Below the pieces are notes generated by a model. The model ran no database searches and was not told the DNA's origin. It worked only from the letters and a program-made list of their open reading frames with translations. The position numbers were made by a program, and so were the translations under genes. From assembly GCA_030153785.1 (NCBI GenBank), contig JASKLF010000008.1, positions 1 to 64,000 on the forward strand: a stretch of DNA of 64,000 nucleotides, in the 5' to 3' direction. This document shows positions 39,152 to 49,527 of the stretch, in pieces. The stretch's first letter is position 1, and every line of letters begins with the position of its first letter. This stretch comes from a bacterium (GTDB taxonomy: Bacteria > Synergistota > GBS-1).

Positions 39152-40780
39152 TTGAGAAGAATTCTTAAGTTACCGCAGGAAGTTGTTGCTAAAATAGCAG
39201 CAGGTGAGGTTGTTGAAAGACCTGCTTCTGTGGTTAAGGAGCTTGTAGAGAATGCCTTGGATGCCTTTTCTAAGGAAATAAGGATTTATGCTAAGGAGGG
39301 AGGAAAAGATTTAATAAAGGTTTCCGATGATGGAGTTGGAATACCAGCAAGCGATGTAGAGCCTGCTTTTGAAAGGCATGCTACTAGTAAGATAAGTGCT
39401 TTAGATGATTTAACAAAGCTGGAGACTTTAGGTTTTAGGGGAGAGGCTTTGCCAAGCATTGCGGCGGTTTCAAAGGTGGAACTTATTACTAAAGCTCAGG
39501 AGGAAGATATCGGGACTCGGATAATTATAGAAGGTGGGAAGAAGGTTTTTAAGGAAAACGGATTCTTTAGGCAAGGCACAACCATAACGGTTCGTTCTCT
39601 ATTTTATAATTTACCTTTAAGAAGGAAGCTCTTGAAAAGTTCTTCTACAGAGTGGAACAGGATTCTTAAGATAGTTTTAGCTTACATTCTTGCTTTTCCG
39701 GAAGTTAAGTTCTATCTTTACAAGGGGGAAGAGCTCTTTTTAAGTAGCGGTACCAGCTTGGAGGAAAGCTTAAAAAGAGTGTTTGGTGGTGATTTTTTGA
39801 AAAATATGCGCCAAATTAGCTTTGCCCAAGAGAAATATAGTGTTTCAGGATTCGTTTCCGCTTGGGGGGAAGGAAGCGGAGAGTTTTTTATTTTTGTAAA
39901 TAACAGGCCTGTTAAAAGTGACATTATTAAAAAGGCGGTGGCAGAAGCTCTTTCAATTCCCCCGGGTAGATTTCCCGTTAGAGGTTTTATAAAAATCAAT
40001 GTAAACCCTTCTCTTATTGATCAAAACGTTCATCCTGCTAAGTTAGAAGTTAGATTTTTTGAACCTGGTGCAGTTTATTCTGCCGTTTACAATGCTATTA
40101 GAAGAGCTTTTTCGATAAGGGAACCCTCTTTTGGAGGCTTTAGGAGCTCTGTCCCGAAATTTTCTGACGAGGAAAGCTCTTTATCTTTTAAGGAGAGCTT
40201 GTTTGAATATGAATGTAAAATAAAGGGAGAAGAAAAGAAACGTTCCCCAATTAGGGTTCTTGCTCGAACAAGTAAAGGCTATTTTTTAGCTGAAACTGAA
40301 GATGGCATTTGGATAATAGACCCTCATGCCCTTCTTGAAAGGTTACTTTTTGAAAGATTAAGAAACACAAGAGTTACCGTTCAGCTAATTGCTCCGATTG
40401 TTCTCCACTATGATTCTTATCTTTCATCGGTGATAAAAGATAAAATTGAAGTTTTAAAGGAAGTTGGTTTTGAATTAGAGGAGTTTGGCGGGAATGCCTT
40501 TTTGCTTAGGGGGGTGCCTTCTCCTTTATCGAATTTAAGACTGAATTGGGGGGAGGCCATAAAATCTTTATTTAAAGAGGGTAGCTTGGATTTGATTAAG
40601 GCATGGGCTGATCTTGCTTGTCATGCGGCCCCTAAGCTGGGAGATATTGCAACTCCTGAAGACATGCAAAGATTGTTAAATGAACTGTATGGATTTGGTG
40701 ATTTTGATCTTTGTCCTCACGGGAGGCCTATAAGATACTTCTTGAGCTACAGGGAGATAGCGAAGTGGTTAGGAAGATAA
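39152..40780 (+). CDS. mutL: DNA mismatch repair endonuclease MutL
   Basis: IAAGEVVERPASVVKELVEN, GFRGEAL, NVHPAK, CPHGRP. Confidence 0.95.
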   Translation: MRRILKLPQEVVAKIAAGEVVERPASVVKELVENALDAFSKEIRIYAKEGGKDLIKVSDDGVGIPASDVEPAFERHATSKISALDDLTKLETLGFRGEALPSIAAVSKVELITKAQEEDIGTRIIIEGGKKVFKENGFFRQGTTITVRSLFYNLPLRRKLLKSSSTEWNRILKIVLAYILAFPEVKFYLYKGEELFLSSGTSLEESLKRVFGGDFLKNMRQISFAQEKYSVSGFVSAWGEGSGEFFIFVNNRPVKSDIIKKAVAEALSIPPGRFPVRGFIKINVNPSLIDQNVHPAKLEVRFFEPGAVYSAVYNAIRRAFSIREPSFGGFRSSVPKFSDEESSLSFKESLFEYECKIKGEEKKRSPIRVLARTSKGYFLAETEDGIWIIDPHALLERLLFERLRNTRVTVQLIAPIVLHYDSYLSSVIKDKIEVLKEVGFELEEFGGNAFLLRGVPSPLSNLRLNWGEAIKSLFKEGSLDLIKAWADLACHAAPKLGDIATPEDMQRLLNELYGFGDFDLCPHGRPIRYFLSYREIAKWLGR

Positions 40781-41694
40781 TAATAGTTATTTTAGGACCT
40801 ACAGCGGTAGGGAAAACAGATATCTCTATCAGTATTGCTGAGAAATTCGAGTGTGAAATAATCTCTGTTGATTCGAAACAAATATATAAGCTTATGGATA
40901 TTGGAACTGCAAAACCGCCGCGTGAAGTAAGGGAAAGAATTCCTCATCATCTTATCGATATCGTTTTTCCAGATGAGATTTACACGGTGGGGGATTTTTG
41001 CGTAGATGCTGCTAAACTTGTTGAGTCCATCTCTGTTCGAGGAAAAGTTCCTCTAATGGTTGGTGGTACTGCCCTTTATTACTGGCTTTTTCTTAGGAAC
41101 CCGATTTCCAATTTGCCTAAAGCGGACCACGAATTGCGAGAAGAGCTTATTAAATTGGGAAAGAAGAAACTTTATGATAAATTGTTGGAAGTAGACCCCA
41201 TAAGTGCGAATAGAATTCATCCTAATGATCTTCAAAGAATCGTTCGTGCCTTGGAGGTGTTTTACCTTACGGGTAAGCCTTTAAGTTATTGGCTTACTTT
41301 TGAGGCAGAAAAAAGCGATAAGTACGAGGTTCTTTGGTTGGGATTAAATAGAGATAGGAATGAACTTTACGAGAGGATAAATCGTAGGGTGGACGAAATG
41401 ATATCTAAAGGTCTTGTAGAAGAAGTTAGAGGTTTGCTTGACATGGGATATTCTCCTGATTTACCTGCTTTGAGAGGTCATGGTTATAGGGAGATTTGTG
41501 ACTATTTTAAGGGGAAATGCTCGTTGGAAAGAGCCATAGATGAAATTAAAAAGGACACAAGGAATTACGCCAAAAGACAACTAACGTGGTTTAGAAAATG
41601 GAAGGATGTAGAATGGTTTCATCCCGATGAATCTGATAAGGTAGTAACGAGGGTGGGAAGGTGGTTAGATGCAAGGTTTAAGCAAATACGTTGA
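40765..41694 (+). CDS. miaA: tRNA dimethylallyltransferase
   Basis: GPTAVGKT, DIGTAKP, VGGT, YAKRQLTWF. Confidence 0.95.
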   Translation: MVRKIIIVILGPTAVGKTDISISIAEKFECEIISVDSKQIYKLMDIGTAKPPREVRERIPHHLIDIVFPDEIYTVGDFCVDAAKLVESISVRGKVPLMVGGTALYYWLFLRNPISNLPKADHELREELIKLGKKKLYDKLLEVDPISANRIHPNDLQRIVRALEVFYLTGKPLSYWLTFEAEKSDKYEVLWLGLNRDRNELYERINRRVDEMISKGLVEEVRGLLDMGYSPDLPALRGHGYREICDYFKGKCSLERAIDEIKKDTRNYAKRQLTWFRKWKDVEWFHPDESDKVVTRVGRWLDARFKQIR

Positions 41695-42166
41695 TATGGC
41701 TCTAAAATTAGGGGCTGTCGAGGCTGTCCTTGCTCCTGTGGAAAAGCTTGTTATTGACTATCGCTTTTATCTTAAGTGTAGGTTTGGTTGTCCTAATTGG
41801 AACAAATATTGGACTTGTCCCTCTGCGCCGGGATTTCCGGCCCCTTGGGAATTCGAGAATATTATCAGATCTTATTCCATCTTTTTAGCAATTCATACTT
41901 TATGTGAGGAGGATAATCAGAAGATATCTTTCGAGATTGAAGAGTCGGCATTTAAAGATGGCTTTTTGCTTGCCTTTAGCATATCAGGTTGTTCAATTTT
42001 ATGTAACCGTGATTGCACTTACCCTGATTCTCCTTGTAGGTATCCACAAAGGGCGCGTCCTACTCCTTCTGCGGTATGTATTGACGTTTATAAGACTGCA
42101 AAATTGCTTTCAATGAATTTCGAGTTTGGAAAACCTGATTGGTATAGCTACGTTCTTTTGTTATGA
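41669..42166 (+). CDS. Cys-rich predicted metal-binding protein (DUF2284-like)
   Basis: KCRFGC..WTCP, GC.I.C..C...CRYP..ARP, IDVYKT. Confidence 0.7.
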   Translation: MQGLSKYVDMALKLGAVEAVLAPVEKLVIDYRFYLKCRFGCPNWNKYWTCPSAPGFPAPWEFENIIRSYSIFLAIHTLCEEDNQKISFEIEESAFKDGFLLAFSISGCSILCNRDCTYPDSPCRYPQRARPTPSAVCIDVYKTAKLLSMNFEFGKPDWYSYVLLL

Positions 42167-43056
42167 AGATAATAGTCTCTCCTGAAATTGGTTTTTGTTT
42201 TGGTGTTAAAAGAGCCGTTAATATGGTGGAGAAACTCCTTAGCGAGTTAGAAGAGGTTTACGTTGTTGGAAGCTTAATCCACAACTCCTTAGAGATGGAG
42301 CGCTTACGTCATAAGGGGTTAATTAGTGTAAAAAGTGCTGAGGATGTTCCTGCAGGTTCTATTGCTGTTGTAAGGTCTCACGGGCTTAAAAAAGAAGAGA
42401 TAGGACTGCTTATTAAGAACAAGGTTAAGCTAATTGATACCACTTGCCCTTTTGTTAAACGAGTTAAGAGCGAGGCACAGCGCATGTTGGAAAAGGGTTA
42501 CAAGGTCTTGTTGTATGGAGATCCTGAACACCCTGAGGTTCAAAGCGTTACCAGTTACCTTGAAGGCGAAGTTTTAGTGGTTAGGGAAGAAGGGGACTTG
42601 GATTTTATTTCTATATTTGATAAAATAGGCTTAGTATCTCAAACTACTCAAGAACTAGATGCTTTTATAAAAATGGCGATAGCTGTTTCTCGAAGAGCAA
42701 GAGAAGTAAGAATCGTTAATACCATATGTGATGCCACTGTTAGAAGAAGAAGAGCTTTGATGGATTTGATTTCAAGGAGCGATGCTCTCTTAATTGTGGG
42801 TGGGAAGAATAGCGCCAACACAGGAAAGTTAGCAAGCTTATCTAAAAAATATTTAGGGGAGAAGACTTACCATATTGAGTTTCCCAAGGAAATTTCAAGG
42901 GGGTGGTTTGAGGGTATAGAGCGTTTAGGTCTAGCCAGTGGTGCTTCTACGCCTGACTGGCAGATAGGGGTGGTTTTGGCTATATTGAAAAAGTATGGGG
43001 GTGAAGTTTGTAATGAATGTGGTTCAGATAAACGAAGGTACTCCTTATCCCATTGA
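42163..43056 (+). CDS. ispH: 4-hydroxy-3-methylbut-2-enyl diphosphate reductase
   Basis: GFCFGVKRA, TCPFV, HPEV, NTICDAT, GASTP. Confidence 0.94.
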   Translation: MKIIVSPEIGFCFGVKRAVNMVEKLLSELEEVYVVGSLIHNSLEMERLRHKGLISVKSAEDVPAGSIAVVRSHGLKKEEIGLLIKNKVKLIDTTCPFVKRVKSEAQRMLEKGYKVLLYGDPEHPEVQSVTSYLEGEVLVVREEGDLDFISIFDKIGLVSQTTQELDAFIKMAIAVSRRAREVRIVNTICDATVRRRRALMDLISRSDALLIVGGKNSANTGKLASLSKKYLGEKTYHIEFPKEISRGWFEGIERLGLASGASTPDWQIGVVLAILKKYGGEVCNECGSDKRRYSLSH

Positions 43057-44488
43057 GATTCGACAGCCCCAAAAAGGAGATATCGTCGAAGGGAGAATTG
43101 TGCAGGTTAAACCGGAAGAGATAATAGTAGATATAGGAACGAAAACGGAGGGGGTGATCCCTCAAAGAGAATGGTCGGCGCCATTTATTGTTGAAAAGGA
43201 TAAAGAGCCAGCGGCAGGAGATAAAGTAAAGGTTTATGTTTTAGACATAGGAAAAGGAGAAGATGGTTTAATTCGTCTTTCAAGATGGCGTGCTATTTTC
43301 GAAGAGGCATGGAATTTCATAAGGGATGCTAAGAATGAGGAGAAGATAATAACAGTAAAAGGGCTCAGGAAAGTTAAAGGTGGTTTAATGGTTGACGTTT
43401 TTGGAGTGGAAGGATTTATTCCACTATCTCACCTTTCTCTTCCTGACAAACCTGTGTCTCCTTGGAAATTTAAAGATAAGGACATTCAGGTTAAAATTGT
43501 AGAAGCTGACAAGAGAAGAAGAAGAATAATTCTCTCAAGGAGGGCAGTCCTCGAAGAGGAGGTTCAGAAGGAGAAGGAAAGATTTTTCTCGGAGTTACAG
43601 GAAGGAGCTATCGTGGAAGGTAAGGTTAGCGGTATCACAAAATTTGGAGTTTTTGTTGATTTAGGACCGGTAGAGGGATTAATTCATTTGAGCGAGCTTT
43701 CATGGGGTAGAGATGTAAACCCAAGAGATGTGGTGAGGAAAGGGCAAAAAATTAAGGCAAAGGTTATAGAATTTAACCCGGAACAGGAGCGCATTTCTTT
43801 GAGTTTGAGACAGCTTCAACCTGATCCATGGAGTACAGTTGAAGAAAAGTATAGGCTTGGGGAAGTTTACGAGGGTAGGGTGACGCGAATAACTAACTTT
43901 GGGGTTTTTGTTGAGCTCGAGCCAGGAGTTGAAGGAGTCATTTTCTTGAGAGATTTAGATTGGGATAGGGTAGATAATCCTAGAAAGGTATTAAGGGAGA
44001 ACCAGAGGATAAAAGTGAAGGTTCTGAGCTTGGACGCTTCTCAGAAAAGAATGAGGCTGGGAAGAAAACAACTTTTGGACCCGTGGGATGGCGTTACGGA
44101 ACTCGTAAGAGAGGGAGATATTATTAAGGTTAAGGTCACAAAAATTGCGGACTTTGGTGCTTTTGCGGAGATTAAACCCGGTGTTGAAGGACTTATTCAC
44201 GTCTCACACTTGGCTAAAGGGAGAGTAAAACATCCCAGTGAGTGTGTCCGAGAGGGAGACGAAGTAGAAGTAAAGGTTCTTGAGGTAAGACCTGAAAGTA
44301 AGAGAATAAGGCTAAGTATAAGGGAGCTCATTCTTGAGAAAGAGAGAGAAGAAAAGAGAAGGAAAGAGGAGGAAAGGAAAGAACAGGAGGAAAAACTTAA
44401 GGAAGATATGAAGGAGATAATAGGTGAGGAACCTACCATAACAATGGGAGATATCATGAATTGGAAGAAACTCCTAAAAAGCAAGTAG
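43013..44488 (+). CDS. rpsA: 30S ribosomal protein S1
   Basis: Five S1 domains (FGVFV..EGLIH.SEL etc.) and a charged tail. Confidence 0.9.
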   Translation: MNVVQINEGTPYPIEIRQPQKGDIVEGRIVQVKPEEIIVDIGTKTEGVIPQREWSAPFIVEKDKEPAAGDKVKVYVLDIGKGEDGLIRLSRWRAIFEEAWNFIRDAKNEEKIITVKGLRKVKGGLMVDVFGVEGFIPLSHLSLPDKPVSPWKFKDKDIQVKIVEADKRRRRIILSRRAVLEEEVQKEKERFFSELQEGAIVEGKVSGITKFGVFVDLGPVEGLIHLSELSWGRDVNPRDVVRKGQKIKAKVIEFNPEQERISLSLRQLQPDPWSTVEEKYRLGEVYEGRVTRITNFGVFVELEPGVEGVIFLRDLDWDRVDNPRKVLRENQRIKVKVLSLDASQKRMRLGRKQLLDPWDGVTELVREGDIIKVKVTKIADFGAFAEIKPGVEGLIHVSHLAKGRVKHPSECVREGDEVEVKVLEVRPESKRIRLSIRELILEKEREEKRRKEEERKEQEEKLKEDMKEIIGEEPTITMGDIMNWKKLLKSK

Positions 44489-44494
44489 GTGATA

Positions 44495-44995
44495 ATGCCT
44501 TTGAAGGAAAGGTTCAAATTGAGAATATATGGAGACCCTATACTTCGCAGGAAGACCGAAGAGATAAAGGAATTTAATGATTCCTTATCTTCCCTCGTAG
44601 AGAGAATGATAAAAGTGATGTTTGAAAAAGATGGCATAGGATTAGCTGCCCCCCAGGTGGGGATTTCCAAAAGAATTGCAGTAGTTCTTAAGGATAATGA
44701 GCCAAAGGTTTTAATTAATCCCACTGTTGTGGAAGCTAGCACTGACATGGTTGAAGAAAAAGAGGGTTGTCTTAGTTTTCCTGAGATTTACGAGGTTATA
44801 AAGAGACCTCGGTGGGTTAAAGTTAAAGCTTTCGATCTCGATGGCAAAGAATACCTGATCGAAGGTGAGGGGCTTTTGGCGAGAGCTCTACTTCATGAGA
44901 TAGATCATTTAGATGGTAAGCTTATAATAGATTATCTCTCGCCAGCGCGTAGAGCTATTATAAAATCTAAGATGAGGAAGTTGTGGGCAAAGTGA
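44495..44995 (+). CDS. def: Peptide deformylase
   Basis: GIGLAAPQ, EGCLS, HEIDHLDG. Confidence 0.96.
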   Translation: MPLKERFKLRIYGDPILRRKTEEIKEFNDSLSSLVERMIKVMFEKDGIGLAAPQVGISKRIAVVLKDNEPKVLINPTVVEASTDMVEEKEGCLSFPEIYEVIKRPRWVKVKAFDLDGKEYLIEGEGLLARALLHEIDHLDGKLIIDYLSPARRAIIKSKMRKLWAK

Positions 44996-45900
44996 AAATA
45001 GTTTTAGCTGGAAGTGGAAAGTTTGGGATACCTTCTTTTGATCGAGTTTGTAGAGCTTTTGATGTTATAGGAGTTATAACGCAGAAGGATAAGCCTAAAG
45101 GGAGAGGCTATAGGTTATCTCCCACACCGGTTGCTATTTGGGCAGAGAACAAAGGCTTAAGAGTGTGGAAGCTCTCTTCAATAAGGGAGTTTTCTCCCGT
45201 AGGAGATCTCCTGTTAATAATAGATTGTGGTTTTATAATTCCCCGTGATATTATAGAGGCCTACCCTCAAGGGGTGATAGCTCTTCATCCTTCTCTGCTC
45301 CCAAAGTATAGAGGACCGGACCCCATAAGAAGGGTGTTGCTATCTGGGGAGACGGAAACGGGGGTAACTACCTTCTTTGTCACTGATAGAGTTGATGCTG
45401 GTGATATAATACTTCAGGAAAAAGTTAGAATAGGAGAAAGGTGTTCCTATGGTGAGCTTTTTAGCATATTGGCAGAAAAAGGTGCCGAGCTTGTGGAAAA
45501 GACACTGGACTTGATAAGATTAGGGAATGTCATCAGAAAACCGCAGTCTGATGAGGAAGCTACTTATGCTCCTAAACTCCGAAAGGAAGATCGCTTTATA
45601 AACTGGAGTCAATCTTCGGTTTACATAGATAGACTTATTAGAGCATTGAGTCCTGAACCAGGGGCTTTGACAACTTTTAGGGGCAGGCTTTTGAAGGTCT
45701 TTGAGTCTGAACCAGTTATAAAAGGATGTAATGGACTTCCAGGAGAGGTTGTAGATATAAAGGAAGAGGGAATTATGGTCTGTACAGGAGAAGGTGCTCT
45801 ATTGATTAAAAAGCTTCAGCCTGAGGGTAAAAGGGTAATGTTTGCTACGGAATTTTGCTGTGGTTATAAACCTTTAAGGGGTGAGGTTTTAGGAAAATGA
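44992..45900 (+). CDS. fmt: Methionyl-tRNA formyltransferase
   Basis: HPSLLPKYRG, ETGVT, DAGDI, ATYAPK, QPEGK; follows def. Confidence 0.9.
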   Translation: MKIVLAGSGKFGIPSFDRVCRAFDVIGVITQKDKPKGRGYRLSPTPVAIWAENKGLRVWKLSSIREFSPVGDLLLIIDCGFIIPRDIIEAYPQGVIALHPSLLPKYRGPDPIRRVLLSGETETGVTTFFVTDRVDAGDIILQEKVRIGERCSYGELFSILAEKGAELVEKTLDLIRLGNVIRKPQSDEEATYAPKLRKEDRFINWSQSSVYIDRLIRALSPEPGALTTFRGRLLKVFESEPVIKGCNGLPGEVVDIKEEGIMVCTGEGALLIKKLQPEGKRVMFATEFCCGYKPLRGEVLGK

Positions 45901-46361
45901 AAGCAGAATACATTAACCCGTTTGTTAGCGCTTTTTTTAATGTTTTGAAGCAAACAACTCAAATTGATGGTAAAAGAGGTCAGTTAACGTTGGGAACGAA
46001 CTTCCTATCTCCTTATGAAGTAGCTGTTATTATAGGCTTGATAGGAGATTTAGAGGGTCAGGTGGTTTATACTATGCAAGAAGATGTGGCTAAGAACTTG
46101 GCTTCTGCTATGATGATGGGTTTTCCTGTAGAGGAGTTAAACGATCTTGCGAGAAGTGCTATAAGTGAGTTTGCAAATATGGTTACAGGAAATGCTGTTA
46201 TACTTCTTGGATCTAAAGGTTTAAAGATTAACATTTCTCCTCCTACTTTGGTGAAGGGCAAAGATATAGAAATCACGTTTGAGGTTCCTATGCTAAGTAT
46301 CCCTATTTCTACTCCGCTTGGGGATATGGAAATCGATGTTGCCATTCGAGAGAAAACCTAA
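45897..46361 (+). CDS. cheX: Chemotaxis phosphatase CheX
   Basis: EYINPF, IGLIGDLEG, SAISEFANMVTG, ISPP. Confidence 0.88.
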   Translation: MKAEYINPFVSAFFNVLKQTTQIDGKRGQLTLGTNFLSPYEVAVIIGLIGDLEGQVVYTMQEDVAKNLASAMMMGFPVEELNDLARSAISEFANMVTGNAVILLGSKGLKINISPPTLVKGKDIEITFEVPMLSIPISTPLGDMEIDVAIREKT

Positions 46362-46421
46362 GTTTTAAATGGTGGTTCTAATGTTTAGTTTCTTTTTGAT
46401 GTCATGGGGGGTGAAGAGGCG

Positions 46422-46628
46422 GTGGCAAGGATTGTTATCGATGGGGAGAGGTGCAAGAGTTGCGGATTATGCGTTAAGGCCTGTCCACAGCAGCTTATAG
46501 TTATCTCGACTAAGCTAAATAGCAAAGGCTATAGACCTGCAATGTTTGTAGATGCTGACGGAAAATGTATAGGATGTGCTTTTTGTGCTATTTCTTGTCC
46601 TGATGTCGCTATAGAGGTTTACAGGTGA
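46422..46628 (+). CDS. 2-oxoacid:ferredoxin oxidoreductase delta subunit (2x[4Fe-4S])
   Basis: CKSCGLCVKACP and CIGCAFCAISCP. Confidence 0.9.
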   Translation: MARIVIDGERCKSCGLCVKACPQQLIVISTKLNSKGYRPAMFVDADGKCIGCAFCAISCPDVAIEVYR

Positions 46629-46645
46629 AAAGGGGGGATGCCGGT

Positions 46646-47713
46646 ATGGGAGAAAAGCTTCTCATGAAGGGCAATGAGGTTTTCGCGGAAGCTGCTGTGA
46701 GGGCAGGTTGTAGGTATTTCTTTGGGTATCCAATAACGCCTCAAAATGAAATTCCGGAATACATGTCTTGGCGTTTGCCTGAAGTGGGTGGAGTTTATCT
46801 TCAAGCCGAGAGCGAGGTTGCCGCTATTAATATGGTTTTTGGAGCCGCTGGTGCGGGAGGCAGAGTTCTAATATCTTCCTCAAGTCCTGGTATAAGTTTA
46901 ATGCAGGAAGGGATCTCCTATATAGCAGGTGCTGAGTTGCCTTGTGTGATTATAAACGTGGTTAGAGGAGGACCAGGGTTGGGAGGTATCTTACCAGCTC
47001 AATCGGATTACTTTCAAGCTACTAAGGGAGGAGGGCATGGAGATTATCACCTTATAGTTCTGGCTCCACATACTCTTCAGGAAGCATTTGATCTTACCAT
47101 GCTTGCTTTTGAGTTAGCTGATAAATATAGGAACCCTGTAATGGTATATGCTGATGGTTTCTTGGGGCAAATGATGGAACCTGTTGAGTTAAGAGATCCG
47201 ATAGATCTCTCTTCCCTTCCTCCAAAGCCTTGGGCTATCACTGGTGCAAAGGGACGAGAAAGAAATCTTATTAAGAGTTTATATTTAGAGGGAGAGAAGT
47301 TAGAGGCTCATAATTTTAAGTTGAAAAAGAAGTACGATGAAATAGCAAAAAATGAGGTTAGATACGAACTTTATATGATGGATGACGCAGAAGTTGCGAT
47401 TTCTGCATACGGGACAAGTGCGAGAATATCTAAAACAGCTATAAAAATACTTAGGGAGAAGGGATTTAAGATTGGCCTTATAAGGCCAATAACTCTTTTT
47501 CCTTTTCCCTACTCCATTTATGAAGAGTTAGCAGATAAACTGAAGTATGTACTTGTGGTTGAGATGAGCATGGGGCAGTTTGTCTATGATGTGGATTATG
47601 CGCTTAAAAGAAAAGTGCCGGTTGATCTTTTGCCTCATGCTGGAGGTATTGCTCCCACATATGAGGAGATCGTGTCTCGCGTGATGGAGAAACTTGGGGG
47701 GGAGGGGAGTTAA
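46646..47713 (+). CDS. 2-oxoacid:ferredoxin oxidoreductase alpha subunit (VorB-like)
   Basis: [27 protein letters not shown]. Confidence 0.92.
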   Translation: MGEKLLMKGNEVFAEAAVRAGCRYFFGYPITPQNEIPEYMSWRLPEVGGVYLQAESEVAAINMVFGAAGAGGRVLISSSSPGISLMQEGISYIAGAELPCVIINVVRGGPGLGGILPAQSDYFQATKGGGHGDYHLIVLAPHTLQEAFDLTMLAFELADKYRNPVMVYADGFLGQMMEPVELRDPIDLSSLPPKPWAITGAKGRERNLIKSLYLEGEKLEAHNFKLKKKYDEIAKNEVRYELYMMDDAEVAISAYGTSARISKTAIKILREKGFKIGLIRPITLFPFPYSIYEELADKLKYVLVVEMSMGQFVYDVDYALKRKVPVDLLPHAGGIAPTYEEIVSRVMEKLGGEGS

Positions 47714-47714
47714 C

Positions 47715-48458
47715 ATGAAACAAGTGTTTGCTCGTCCTAAGAGCATGTTTGATAAGCAAATGCACTATTGTCCTGGCTGTGGTCATGGAATTCTTCATAG
47801 GATTGTTGCCGAGGTTATAGATGAGCTTGGCATAAGGGAAAGAGCGGTTGGGGTTGCTCCTGTAGGGTGTTCAGTGTTGATTTACGATTATATAAATTGT
47901 GATATGTATGAAGCAGCTCATGGAAGGGCTCCTGCCGTGGCTACGGGGTGTAAAAGGGTTAATCCTGATTTAATTGTTTTTACTTATCAAGGGGATGGTG
48001 ACCTTGCTTCAATAGGTATTTCAGAGATAATACATGCAGCAAACAGAGGGGAAAGAATAACGACTATTTTCGTAAACAATGCAATATACGGTATGACAGG
48101 CGGGCAAATGGCCCCTACCACTCTTTTAGGACAGAAGACAACTACTTCTCCCTTTGGAAGAGCCCCCGATAGGGAAGGTTATCCCATTAAAGTATCGGAG
48201 CTTCTGTCCGTTTTAGATGGTTCTGCATATATAGCTCGTGGCTCGCTTTCATCTCCTCAAAAGATAATCCAAGTAAAAAGGTACGTCAAAAAGGCTTTTG
48301 AGACACAAATTAAGAATATTGGTTTTGCGTTGGTTGAGGTTTTGTCTATGTGTCCCACTAATTGGGGAATGTCACCGGTTGACGCACAAAAGTGGGTTGC
48401 TGAGGAGATGGAGAAGCTCTACCCATTAGGAGAATTTAAGGTTCCAAAGGGAGAGTGA
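47715..48458 (+). CDS. 2-oxoacid:ferredoxin oxidoreductase beta subunit (TPP-binding)
   Basis: [11 protein letters not shown]...NN, YGMTGGQ, CPTNW. Confidence 0.92.
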   Translation: MKQVFARPKSMFDKQMHYCPGCGHGILHRIVAEVIDELGIRERAVGVAPVGCSVLIYDYINCDMYEAAHGRAPAVATGCKRVNPDLIVFTYQGDGDLASIGISEIIHAANRGERITTIFVNNAIYGMTGGQMAPTTLLGQKTTTSPFGRAPDREGYPIKVSELLSVLDGSAYIARGSLSSPQKIIQVKRYVKKAFETQIKNIGFALVEVLSMCPTNWGMSPVDAQKWVAEEMEKLYPLGEFKVPKGE

Positions 48459-48464
48459 TTTAAA

Positions 48465-49007
48465 ATGTTTGAAAGCATAATTCTAGCGGGTTTTGGAGGG
48501 CAGGGGATACTTTTAGCGGGTAAGTTACTTGCTTTGGCTGGAATGAAAGAAGGGAAACACGTTACTTGGATTCCCTCTTATGGGCCTGAGATGAGAGGGG
48601 GAACCGCAAATTGCACGGTGATAATATCCGATGAACCCATAGGTTCTCCCATTGTAACTTTTCCAAAAGTTTTGTTCGCCTTTAATCAGCCTTCTTTAGA
48701 AAAGTTTCTTCCGAAGCTTTTGCCAGGAGGAATGCTTATCTACGATAGCTCTTTGGTCAACTACGACGGTAGCAGGGAAGACATAGAGGTAGTGGGAATT
48801 CCAGCGACCAAGGATTCTGTTGAACTTGGTGACCGAAGAGTGGCTAATCTAATCATGGTTGGAGCTTATATTTCTAAGAGGGGTTTCCCAAGTGAAACTG
48901 CTTTTCTCTCGGCATTAAAAGAGGCTTTAGGAGATAAAAAAGCTTCCATGCTAGAAATTAACGAAAAGGCTTTCAGGAAGGGATTGCAGTATGGAAAAAA
49001 CACTTAA
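48465..49007 (+). CDS. 2-oxoacid:ferredoxin oxidoreductase gamma subunit
   Basis: AGFGGQG, SYGPEMRGG. Confidence 0.92.
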   Translation: MFESIILAGFGGQGILLAGKLLALAGMKEGKHVTWIPSYGPEMRGGTANCTVIISDEPIGSPIVTFPKVLFAFNQPSLEKFLPKLLPGGMLIYDSSLVNYDGSREDIEVVGIPATKDSVELGDRRVANLIMVGAYISKRGFPSETAFLSALKEALGDKKASMLEINEKAFRKGLQYGKNT

Positions 49008-49527
49008 TAGGATGCTAATATATGCAGGAAAGGTGTTAAATTTAAGGGTAGACGAGGTCATTTTAGAAGATGGTAAAAAAGCCAAAAGAGAGGTAGTGGA
49101 GCATAAAGGGGCTGCTGTGATCATACCTGTTTTGGATGATGGTAAGATTGTTACAGTTAGGCAATATAGATATCCTGTTGGAGAGGAATTAATAGAGTTG
49201 CCGGCAGGGACTTTGGAGAAGGAAGAAGCTCCGATTGATGCTGCTAAACGGGAGCTTTTAGAAGAGACGGGTTACATGGCTAAAGATGTGCAAGAGCTCG
49301 CTTGTTTTTACTCTAGTCCCGGCTTTTGTAATGAGAAGATGCATCTCTTTTTGGCAACCAATTTGGTTGAAGGAGCACAAAAGCTTGAAAGCGATGAAAA
49401 GGTTCAAGTTGAAGTATATTCTGTAGATGAGCTGAAGGAGATGATTAGAAAGGGGGAAATAAAGGACGCTAAAACGATAGCAGGTATTCTTTATTATCTT
49501 CTTTTATGGAATGAAAGAACTTCTTAA
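48991..49527 (+). CDS. NUDIX hydrolase (ADP-ribose pyrophosphatase-like)
   Basis: ELPAG...AAKRELLEETG Nudix box, SPG, DAKT. Confidence 0.9.
   Translation: MEKTLNRMLIYAGKVLNLRVDEVILEDGKKAKREVVEHKGAAVIIPVLDDGKIVTVRQYRYPVGEELIELPAGTLEKEEAPIDAAKRELLEETGYMAKDVQELACFYSSPGFCNEKMHLFLATNLVEGAQKLESDEKVQVEVYSVDELKEMIRKGEIKDAKTIAGILYYLLLWNERTS

Noticed and set aside
44330..44410. Low-complexity GA-rich stretch
   Set aside because: Encodes the Glu/Lys/Arg-rich tail of ribosomal protein S1; not a DNA repeat element.
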